DNA from: Haliotis cracherodii
Lineage: Eukaryota
Direction: 5' to 3'
NCBI RefSeq assembly: GCF_022045235.1
Contig: NW_027266330.1
Location: 44,268,001 to 44,332,000, forward strand
Length of the DNA: 64,000 bases
A program made the position numbers and the translations under genes. Position 1 is the first letter of the stretch. Each line of letters starts with the position of its first letter. Positions 52,870 through 64,000 of the stretch are shown in pieces. The notes beneath the pieces were generated by a model. It saw only the letters and a list, made by a program, of their open reading frames with translations. It had not been told where the DNA came from and did no database searches.

Positions 52870-54633
52870 CTATTGAGACTTACAGTTTCTGAGATTAGTC
52901 AGATCACAAAATGAGCCATTGAAACTTAGTTTCCAAAACGTGTCAGGCCAAAACATCAGCCACCGAGATTTACAGTTTCCAAAACGTGTCAGGCCACAAC
53001 ATCAACCACTAAATTTACAGTTTCTGAGACTTGTTAGATCACAACATGAGCTATTGAGACTTACAGATTCTGAGACTCATCAGATCACAACATGAGCCAT
53101 TGAGACTTACAGTTTCTGAGACTTGTCAGACCACAACATGAGCCACTGAGACTTACAGTTTCTGAGACTTGTCAGTCCACTACATGAGCCATTGAGACTT
53201 ACAGTTTCTGAGACTTGTCAGATTACAAAATGAGCCATTGAGACTTACAGTTTCTGAGACTTGTCAGATCACAACATGAGCCATTGAGACTTACAGTTTC
53301 TGAGACTTGTCAGACCACAACATGAGCCACTGAGACTTACAGTTTCTGAGACGTGTCAGACCACAACATGAGCCATTGAGCCTTATAGTTTCAGAGACTT
53401 GTCAGATTACAACATGAGCCACTGAGACTTACAGTTTCTAAGACTTGTCAGACCAGAACATGAGCTATTGGGACTTACAGTTTCTGAGACGTGTCAGATC
53501 ACAACATAAGCCATTGACTCTTACAGTTTCTGAGACTTGTCAGACCACAACATAAGCCACTGAGACTTACAGTTTCTGAGACGTATCAGACCACAACATG
53601 ACCCATTGAGACTTACAGTTTCTAAGACGTGTCAAAACACAACATGAGCCACTGAGACTTATAGTTTCTGAGACTTTTTAGATCACAACATGAGCCACTG
53701 AGACTTATAGTTTCTGAGACTTTTTAGATCACAACATGAGCCATTGACACTTACAGTTTCTGAGAATTGTCAGATCACAACATGAGCCACTGAGACTTAC
53801 AGTTTCTGAGACTTGTCAGATCACAACATGAGCCGCTGAGACTTACAGTTTCTGAGACTTGTCAGAACACAACATGAGTCACTGAGACTTATAGTTTTTG
53901 AGACGTGTCAGACCAAAACATGAGCCATTGAGACTTACAGTTTCTGAGACTTGTCAGACCACAACATGAGCCACTGAGACTTACAGTTTATGAGACTTGT
54001 CAGATCACAACATGAGCCGCTGAGACTTACAGTTTCTGAGACTTGTCAGAACACAACATGAGTCACTGAGACTTATAGTTTCTGAGACGTGTCAGACCAC
54101 AACATGAGCCATTGAGACTTACAGTTTCTGAGACTTGTCAGACCACAACATGAGCCACTGAGACTTACAGTTTCTGAGACTTGTCAGATCACAACATGAG
54201 CCACTGAGACTTACAGTTTCCAGTATGCAAGATAGTGCCCCTCTTGCCTGAAGCCCCGACTTTTTCCACCAAGACTTAAAGTTTCAATACTTATCATGTT
54301 CTGGGTGTTATTATGATTATGTTGTTTGTAGATACTATCATAATAATGTAACCGACAATGTTTAAGCTGAGATAACCTACTTTATTCGATAATTATTGAA
54401 GAGTTGCGCATACGATAGGTTGTTTTGTTTGTGTGCTGGTATACTTTATCCTGACGAATCTCTCTCAGTCATGTCAAGAGAATTTCAATAGCTGTTAAAA
54501 CACTTCATGAAAAGTGAAATGTGATGGGGAAAAGTAAAAGCAAGAGTGACATTGATTAGAAACCATTCATGTGTTCTCAAGGCTCACACTTCAACTGCAG
54601 ATATTAGAAGATAAATATTTCCTAAATATTCAT

Positions 54634-54695
54634 TGAGTGAGTAAGTGAGTTTGGTTTGACGCCGCTTTTAACAGTATTCCAGTTATATCGCGGCG
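54634..54695 (-). mobile_element. 3' tail fragment of SINE family A
   Basis: Reverse complement of cgccgcgatataactggaatactgttaaaagcggcgt..ctcact. Confidence 0.8.
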
Positions 54696-56192
54696 GTATA
54701 AATTGAGAAAATGTATGGAAACCATGGCACAGTGATGTCAGAATGTATCCGAGAAAATATTTTTAAAATCTTCAAAGCCCCGAAAGTCATTTGCCTAACA
54801 GGACTGTCAGCAAATTGCCTATTCCACACAACTACACACAACAAATTGATTAAATAGGTGCCAATAGGCCATAAAACGGTTACCGCGGTCAAATATCAAC
54901 ACCAACCACAATTGAATTGCGTCTTGCCGTACCGCAGTGATTTAATAGTAGCAAGAATGTTAACTCGCTAGCTGTCTTGGCGGGCAAACTGCCGTGTTGG
55001 TTGACCCGCATTGAGTGGGCACTGGCTCAAATGTATGGAAGCCATTGAATGACACCTTGTCCTTGAAACGCATTAGGTTTTACTGAAATGCGAAAATTAT
55101 CCAAGGCACTAGGTCATTACGATGGAAACTGGTGAGTTACCGAGGCTTAATAAAATGGTTGTCATTGGAACAGATACAGTTTGTCCTTGGAAGGGATGGG
55201 CGGTCTCTCAGATGCGATGTCCTATGGCAGCGTGTTAGTGCCATTGGTTTAGATCGTATTCATCGCACGAATAAAGCCATGTTGTCCAAATGTATTATCA
55301 TTATAGTAATAGAACGAGTAGAACATTGTTAATCGTACGCTGTAAGGTGAACTAAACATTATTTCTTTTGGGCTCTCGGGTAGGTTATTTTATTAGGCAG
55401 GAAACCCACATATATAGACAGACTATGGTAACCGTATTTTCCCCCGCACATAGTGGTATGAAGAGAGAAAACTATTCTATGTGTCATATATATATACTGG
55501 TAGTGGAATGAAATTACCTGTATTCCCGAATTCCATTTTGAACATAGCTAAATTTGAAAATTGAAGCATGAGCCAGCGGTCACAGCTTGCCTCTGTGTCC
55601 TCACATTTAACCATTTAACCTTCCAAAATAAACTTGGTTTGACAAATTTGAAATGGCTAAGATTCGCTTCCATACACTGTTAAATATTTCATGTGATCTG
55701 TCTCAACCCGCCAGATTCCTCATTGATCTCGATACACCATGAGTCGGGCACAAAAATTACATGTGGAGACATGTATTGAGGAAAATAGTTTTTCCGGTTC
55801 CTTCCGACAGAGGTTTCCGGTGTTTCCCGTCAGATGGCGGCAAAGATCAAAGACAACACGAAGGCTTCGAAGTCTGTGGCAGCTTTTTTTAATCATTCTT
55901 AATTCTTTGTGTTTTCTTGTAACGAATAGCTTGTCAATTGTTAAGTATAACAATGCACTCCGAATAAGGATATTGATTTCAACAGCAATTTTATCAAATA
56001 TCGAATTCCCTACTACATTATTTATCGAACAGTGCATGACTTTCATAACGAGCAAAAATACAACTACCTTGGAGTAGTATTTAAAAAACGCATGTCACAA
56101 ACAAATTATTGATACTGGCAGCCCCGACCCCCTCTTACATACAATCCGGTTCTACTATCGCCACCTCCTGCATTTGCACCTCCTCCTACCAG

Positions 56193-57950
56193 CCACCCCG
56201 AATCCCTACAGGATGTAAGTCAGTTCTCCACCTGCTGGCCACCCCGAATCCCAACAGGATGTCAGTCAGTTCTCCACCTGCCGGCCACCCCGAATCCCAA
56301 CAGGATGTCAGTCAGTTCTCCACCTGCTGGCCACCCCGAATCCCAACAAGGATGTAAGTTAGCTCTCTATCTGCTAGCCACCCCGAATCCCAACAGGATG
56401 TAAGTCAGTTCTCCACCTGCTGGCCACCCCGAATCCCAACAAGGATGTAAGTGAGCTCTCTTATCTGCTGGCCACCCCGAATCCCAACAAGGATGTCAGT
56501 CAGTTCTCCACCTGCTGGCCACCCCGAATCCCAACAAGGATGTAAGTTAGCTCTCTATCTGCTAGCCACCCCGAATCCCAACAGGATGTAAGTCAGTTCT
56601 CCACCTGCCGGCCACCCCGAATCCCAACAAGGATGTCAGTCAGTTCTCCACCTGCTGGCCACCCCGAATCCCAACAGGATGTCAGTCAGTTCTCCACCTG
56701 TTGGCCACCCCCAATCCCAACAAGGATGTAAGTGAGCTCTCTTATCTGCTGGCCACCCCGGATCCCAACAAGGATGTCAGTCAGTTCTCCACCTGCTGGC
56801 CACCCCGAATCCCAACAAGGATGTAAGTTAGCTCTCTATCTGCTAGCCACCCCGAATCCCAACAGGATGTAAGTCAGTTCTCCACCTGCTGGCCACCCCG
56901 AATCCCAACAGGATGTAAGTCAGTTCTCCACCTGCTGGCCACCCCGAATCCCAACAAGGATGTAAGTCAGTTCTCCACCTGCTGGCCACCCCGAATCCCA
57001 ACAGGATGTCAGTCAGTTCTCCACCTGCTGGCCACCCCGAATCCCAACAAGGATGTAAGTGAGCTCTCTTATCTGCTGGCCACCCCGAATCCCAACAAGG
57101 ATGTCAGTCAGTTCTCCACCTGCTGGCCACCCCGAATCCCAACAAGGATGTAAGTTAGCTCTCTATCTGCTAGCCACCCCGAATCCCAACAGGATGTAAG
57201 TCAGTTCTCCACCTGCCGGCCACCCCGAATCCCAACAGGATGTCAGTTAGTTCTCCACCTGCTGGCCACCCCGAATCCCAACAAGGATGTAAGTGAGCTC
57301 TCTTATCTGCTGGCCACCCCGAATCCCAACAAGGATGTCAGTCAGTTCTCCACCTGCTGGCCACCCCGAATCCCAACAAGGATGTAAGTGAGCTCTCTTA
57401 TCTGCTGGCCACCCCGAATCCCAACAAGGATGTCAGTCAGTTCTCCACCTGCCGGCCACCGCGAATCCCAACAGGATGTCAGTCAGTTCTCCACCTGCTG
57501 GCCACCCCGAATCCCAACAAGGATGTAAGTGAGCTCTCTTATCTGCTGGCCACCCCGAATCCCAACAAGGATGTAAGTCAGTTCTCCACCTGTTGGCCAC
57601 CCCGAATCCCTCCGGGATGTAAGTGAGCTTTCTATCTGCCGGCCACCCCGAATCCCTCCGGGATGTAAGTGAGCTTTCTATCTGCCGGCCACCCCGAATC
57701 CCTCCGGGATGTAAGTGAGCTCTCTATCTGCTAACCATCCTGAATCCCTACAGGATGTAAGTTACCTCTCCACCTGCTAACCATCCTGAATCCCTCCAAG
57801 ATGTAAGTTAGCCATCCACCTGATAGCCAATCCGAATCCCTACAGGATGTAATTTAGCTCTCCTCCCAGCCACTCAGAATTCTTCCAGGATGTAAGTTTG
57901 TTGTCCCCCTACTTGCCACCCGAATACCTCCAGGATGAAAAGATACTTCT
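56193..57950. repeat. 46-48-bp minisatellite (~37 units, decaying rightwards)
   Basis: CCACCCCGAATCCCAACA(A)GGATGTAAGTCAGTTCTCCACCTGCTGG. Confidence 0.97.
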
Positions 57951-58234
57951 CCACCTGCCCCACCACAAGTTAGTTTCAACCTTCTGCCAGTCCCGCCACC
58001 CTTCAACATGTAAGTCAGTTCTCCAACTATTGGCAGTCCCGAGTATACATGAAAAGTACTCTTGGTTTATATTTGGAGGGTGCACGTGGAATACACATGG
58101 AGTAAACATGTAGCATACATTTAGTATAGATAGAGTAGACATAGAGTATGCAGGGAGTATACATTGAGTATATAAAGAGTATGCATTGAGGGTACATGGA
58201 ATATAAATAGCGTATATATAGAATACATAAACGT

Positions 58235-60075
58235 TTTGAAAGTATCAGTGCCCTGAAAAATAATATAACAGCTGGTCTTGACGACCTTCTTAGTGAATAT
58301 CTAAAATATTCGTCCGCTGTTAAAAACCTTATTTAGAAATCATATTTAACAGCATTTATCAAAACGGTATTTTCCCTGAATGTTGGGGAACTGGGATAAT
58401 CATACATATGAAAGGGGACGCCTCTGTTCCTGATAGAGGCTATGGGCCTCCTGAGTATCCTCAGTAAAGTATTTATATCTATTTTAAACAGAAGACAAGC
58501 GTATTGGGCTGCAACACTTGACGAAATATCTGAATGTCAGTCGGGGTTACGAAAAGGTTATTCAACTATTGATAACTGTTTTGTTTTATATTCTGTCATT
58601 CAGCGTTATCTTTCACGTGAAGGAGGTAAAATGTTTATGTAGCATTTATTGATTTATCTAAAGCATTCGACTCCATTCAGCGTCATCTTCTATGGAAGCT
58701 ATTGTACAAATATGGTTTGAGTTCTAAAATGGGTAAAATGTTACAATGCATCTACAGTAATGTAAAAGTTTGTGTTCGTTCAAACAACAGAGTATCTGGT
58801 ACATTTGATTGCTTCATGGGTGTGAGGCAAGGGTGTATGCTTATTGTCGTTTTTGTGTTCAGTTACATCTGAAATGTATTCATATTTTTCTACTTCTATT
58901 TGCGGATGATCTTATTGTGTTTGGCAATACTGTCAACAACTTACAAATGAAGTTAAAGATCCTGCATGATTACTGTTGTAAATGGGAAATGTCAGTGAAT
59001 TTATTGAAAAAAAAGAGTTGTTTTTAAAAATGGGTGAGGTTTATGACGTTACGAAAAATGGTATTATGATGGAAATGCGGTTGAAGTAGTTACTGGATAC
59101 AGTTATCTTGGTTTGTATTTTAGTAATAGATTACTGTGGTCGAACGCTTTAAGTAATATTGCAATTCATTCAAGAAAGGAATTCATGGTCCTTTTAAGTA
59201 GTTTACATTCCTTGAAACCATACTCGCCTCACTTTTACTTCAAATTATTTGATGCAAAGATATCACCAATACTTTTATACGGGGTCGAAATTTGGGGGTT
59301 CAGTGACATAGAACCACTAGAAAAGGTTCAAGTGTATGCCTGTATGCGTCTTTTAAATGTAAAGGTATCAACCTCAAATAATGTGGTGTTAGGCGAGTGT
59401 GGTAGATATTCTATACAGTTGCTTGCTGTTTTGAAATGTGTCAAATATTGGCTGTCTCTTTTAAATATGCAGGAATCCCGCTTACCAAAAAACGTTACAA
59501 TATGTTGCGCTTGTACGATGAACAAAGCCACGTAAATTGGGTAACAAAACTTAAAACTGTTATTTTTAGATTAGGATTTGGTGATGTCTGCTTCTTTCAA
59601 GCATGTGGTAAGAAAACCGTATTTTTAAAGATGTTACGTAAACGATTAAAAGACAACTTTCTTTAGGTTTGGCATTGTGATTTATCTGAAAGCCTCAAAA
59701 TGGCTTATCATGCACAGCTTAAAACATCTATTATGTGTGAGAACTATTTGATAATGAATATCACTTTTTTGTTAATTTATCCAGCTTATAGCCATCTTGG
59801 GTAAAGTTACATAAAATCTAAATTTTACACCTTTCTAAATATTCTGATGTTTAATACACTACTGTCATCGCAAGACCCTATTATCAATATGCATACAGCA
59901 AAGTACTTGTTTTATGCCAGTGTTGAACACAAATACTCCAACGTGTATAATTTTGTTGCAACTGCTTTTGTTAAAAAAGCAAAGAAATGTATATTATATC
60001 TTATACTGTTTGCACCTTAATTGTATTTCGTCTGTGCAAAAAGGCCCGTGGGCTATAAGTACTGAAATAAAAGTG
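58235..60075 (+). mobile_element. Decayed LINE (RTE-X/CR1-type RT) within a degenerate CATGGAGTATA-type repeat
   Basis: LLSILSKVF, QSGLRKGYSTIDN, VAFIDLSKAFDS, GVRQG, LLFADDL, PILLYGVEIWG, and AATAAA at the 3' end. Confidence 0.92.
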
Positions 60076-60759
60076 AACATATAATAAACATGGCGTATAC
60101 ATGGAGTATTCATTGAGTATGCACGGAGTATGCATACCGTTTAGACGGAATATACATGGAGTATACATGCATAGAACATATATGAAGTATAAATGGAGTG
60201 TACATGGAGAATAGATAGATTATATATTCAGCTAGCCTGTGGTAAATATAGAGCATACATGGTGTATACATGAAGTATATATAGGGTATATATGGAGTAT
60301 ACATAGAGTATGCATGGTATATACATGGAATATACATAGTGTACACATGTAGTATACATAAAGTATACATAGTGTCCACATCATAGTGTGTCATCATACA
60401 TTTCACATTTTCTCATTTTCAAAGACAACCTTTTTGGCTCACGTTGATACTTCTATTGCTGATTTATGCCAATTTGTTGGTGCTTATTATCTAGCTGGCT
60501 TCCATTTGTCTATTGTTAACCCATTCGATTACCTACCAGTGTTAATTACCCCGGTCTCCCGTTTGCCCATTGTCTATTGCCTATTACCAATCAGTGATAA
60601 CTTTAGCCCTGGCTTCCAGTTGTCCATCACCTATCAGCACTAATTAACTGTTGACTTCCCTTGTTAAGCAACCACCTTTGTCATCTTATTTCTTTTGTTG
60701 TTCTTACAGGGACACACATATGTTCTCTGCCTCATATCACTTATATCTAAGCCTTAATT

Positions 60760-63162
60760 TCTGGGCCGCGTCCCAAACAAACCCTCTCATCCAAAACTTA
60801 ATTAACCAAAACATTAGCCCAAGAAACCAAGCTCTAGCTCGCAAACACCCCTTACTCACCCCAATATCGCAAAGAATAACTAACTACCTCAATGAACACC
60901 AAACTCAAAATCTTAAACAAAACTGCAAACAATCAAATATCTTCACCCCTAAACTCAAAATACCCCAAAATAGACACAACGCTAGCTAACCAAATAAATA
61001 AACAAACCGACCCAAACATAGCTAAAACCACCACACTTGCATACATACACGAAAATTGGCCAAATTGGTGTCACATATACACTGACGGATCTTCAGACCC
61101 GATCTCCAACCACACAGGCTTCGGAGTCCATACCACACAACCAGTTATATCCACACCATCTTACCGACTCCCTAACAACCAATCTATATTCACGGCCGAA
61201 CTTATGGGCATGGCCTCAGCCCTGCATAACCAACAATCTAAAAACAACAAAAAAATCCTAATTCTCACTGACTCCCTTAGCGGACTACAAGCCCTCCAAA
61301 ACAAAAATACCAAAAACGACCTAAATTAATAAACCAAATACTTAAAAGCTCTAACGACCTAACAAAAGCAGGCAAACAAATAACCTTCTTGTGGATCCCC
61401 GCCCACGTAGGAATTTACGGCAACGAAAGCGCCGATAAAGCAGCTAAATTATCTCTCAAAATACCAGAAATAAGCCTAAACCTTCCCATCTCAAAATCAG
61501 AAATTAAAAGTGTTAATAAAACAAAAAATAACCAAAAAATGGCATAATCAATATCAAAACTCAAATAGCCAAATCAAAAAAGTGCTCAGAAAACCACTAG
61601 CCAAACCTAAAATCCTACACTCCTCAAAAAAAACCTGACAGATCAATTACAAAACTCCAAATAGGACACACGAACCTAAATAACCACCTAAAAAAACTTA
61701 AAAGGCACACCTCAGGCACCTGCCCCACTGCAAACAACCCGAAACCACAGAACACGCACTCATCCACTGCACCCACTACAAAACACACAGAACCACACTA
61801 CAAACCACCCTCAATCTAAATAAGGTTCCTACTCTAGATGAAATACTAAACCCTCAAAATAAACTAGAAAACTTCAAGGCCCTAGGCGTATTCCTAATCA
61901 AAACAGACCTAATTAAGCGCATCTAAAAACTAATTAATCTACCAATCCAAAATCCAATAAACATACAAACACCCACCTCACCCGGCTCCCTTAGTTCCCT
62001 CCTCCACCCACCTCGGCATTTATTCCAAATTTAAAACTTCCAAAAAATTAATATAATTAAGCAACCCCTAAAAGCCCCCTCTTGGGTTGCACACACCACT
62101 TTCACCCTTTTCGGTATACACTAAATGGTCTGGCCAGGCCCGTGTGCGAAATACGCTACAGTCGGAAAGCGCACGTTAAATCTTCTATATCAGTCAGTCA
62201 GACTTATTTCTGCTGCACTGTACCCCTGCTGCAAGTACCCCCACCCACATACCCTATTCGGACGGGTCAACACAGACCCAAAAATGTACCCCCCACTAGT
62301 ATACCCTCCCAAGCTCAATCCACCCAGACACAAGAAATGCCAACTACCCCGCTCTCTACTAAACCACTAACCCTGGAGTCATCCACCTCACCACCACAGT
62401 CCCCGGACTTGTTAACCACCCCCACCCAAACTTACCCTACCATAGTTGAAGCACAACTTACTCAAAATATTATTAAACCTGCCTAGCATATCCTCACTAA
62501 TCAATACCTTCTGCCTACCCCATTAATCCTTCAGGCGCCCGGCATCTGAATATACAAAAGGACCCATGACCGCCTCAATTTTAAAATGGTCCAATACCTT
62601 CAGACAGAACGTTTTGACCAAGAAATCTTAACCCTCCTGGACTTAAATTGCTTCCTCATAGAAACTCTAAACCAGGACCTGAATATAACATCTCAATTTA
62701 CCATGAACACCTCAGCACACTTCATAAAAAAACAATACCACCCCCTCACCGTTCTCGACTTACCTGGCCAGAACTCTCCTCTCTTGCTCTCTTGCAGCAT
62801 GCACCGAATAATCCAACACCTTGCCCCAACTGTAAAACCGCCTTGGCTATGCTTTACCTCTTTTCTTAAAAGATAGTTTAAATCTTAGGATAGTTTAGAT
62901 AGCACTTTCTACTTTTTGGATCCTAAAATATTGAATCCAAACCATCACTCTTAACATATTATTTAAATTTATCTCCTCACAAATTATTAATACACTTTTT
63001 GTATATTTTAGCCGTAGTCATGCAGTATTAGGTTTATGCCCCCATCATATACAGTTTTTGAGGTATGGTGTTTATCTATATTTAATCATTATTCATTTTT
63101 ATTTCCCCACCTACCCCGACAGCGACATTACCGATGCTAGAAGTGGTCGTTAAACTTCCAAA
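60760..63162 (+). mobile_element. 5'-truncated I-group (I/Nimb-like) LINE: RNase H, CCHC knuckle and long 3' region
   Basis: IYTDGS, SIFTAEL, ILTDSLS, FLWIPAHVGIYGNESADKAAK, CPHC..ETTEHALIHC. Stop at ~61926. The A/C-rich strand continues to cgttaaac plus a (TAG)n tail. Left boundary is approximate. Confidence 0.88.
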
Positions 63163-63171
63163 TAGTAGTAC

Positions 63172-63219
<48 letters not shown>
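63163..63219. repeat. (TAG)n tail
   Basis: Direct reading. Confidence 0.95.
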
Positions 63220-63227
63220 CATTTATT

Positions 63228-63267
63228 CACCTGATGAAGGAGTATGTGTATACTCCGGAACGTTGTG
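63228..63267 (+). ncRNA. Minimal type I hammerhead ribozyme motif (Penelope-type), core mutated
   Basis: cac-CTGATGA-a-GGAGTAT-gtgt-ATACTCC-GGAA-cgtt-gtg: 7-bp stem II, 3-bp stem I, GAAA changed to GGAA. Confidence 0.7.
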
Positions 63268-63604
63268 TTCCTCACAATGAAGAAGTTGACATCCATAAAT
63301 TCTCTTCCTTGTGAAGCACTATGTGCCAGATCAGCACATAGTCTTTGTGGTTGTTGTGTTGGTGCCCCAGATCACCTTGCCTACCCCAAGCTAGGCTAAG
63401 GCTGATACCTGCTTATCTTCCACTCTGGACCAAGGCTTATATAACTGGACATAAAAAGAAACAACTGTAATTATTGAGAAGTGATATTGTTGCCCAGATC
63501 GATCAGGTTGGCCCACAGTTAATGTTCAATACAATGCTGATGAGGATCAACAATGCAGCTCAAAGCATCTTATCATACGTAATGGCAATTACGTGATTCG
63601 AGAC

Positions 63605-63605
<1 letters not shown>

Positions 63606-63675
<70 letters not shown>

Positions 63676-63780
63676 AATATTGTTTATTAAAATGTCACAC
63701 GCACTTGTACATGTCAAATATACACATGGTATACAGTTCGTTCAGCCATTAATAGGCTCATGAGACACTAAAATGTGTAC
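63606..63780 (-). mobile_element. 3' end of a minus-strand LINE with (CTA)n tail
   Basis: Minus strand reads ...ttttAATAAAcaatatt(cta)n. Upstream extent is unclear. Confidence 0.55.
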
Positions 63781-64000
63781 ACATGTAGGATGCTTTAAAA
63801 CACTAACTTTTAACAGTGTTCATATGAAATAAGTTAGGACATTGTTTGGCCCCTATTTAAAAGTATCGAAGTTAAAGTATTTTGTAGTTTATTATCATCC
63901 ACAATAAATATAAACTTTTCTTCGTCATCAATTAATAAAATAAAGGATTTAAAACAAATTAAAACGCAAGCCCGCATTGAAGGTGCATTGGGTTAAAAAT

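Larger units (their letters stand above)
52212..54220. repeat. 46-bp minisatellite interrupted at 52278-52869
   Basis: GAGACTTACAGTTTCTGAGACTTGTCAGACCACAACATGAGCCAYT. About 1.5 units lie left of the interruption and ~29 right. Confidence 0.96.

Overview
This is eukaryotic, repeat-rich animal DNA. The SINE types and (CACT)n tails suggest a mollusc, possibly a gastropod such as abalone (inference from recalled consensus sequences). I see no intact protein-coding gene. About 25 kb (~40%, hand-summed) is roughly 17 unrelated minisatellite arrays with 15-66 bp units, which generate nearly all the long ORFs in the track. Decayed mobile elements include a BEL/Pao LTR retrotransposon (30.5-36.3 kb) inside a 47-bp array, two RTE-X/CR1-type LINE remnants, and an RNase H-bearing I-group LINE. 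There are also a Penelope-like RT remnant, a Penelope-type hammerhead motif, a mariner 3' half, and at least four SINE families sharing a 3' tail. The unique DNA between ~0.1 and 45.9 kb repeatedly parses as GT-AG-bounded, protein-like exons on the minus strand with stops and frameshifts. This looks like a large, unidentified, decayed multi-exon gene whose introns hold most of the arrays. There is a 170-N assembly gap at 41513-41682.
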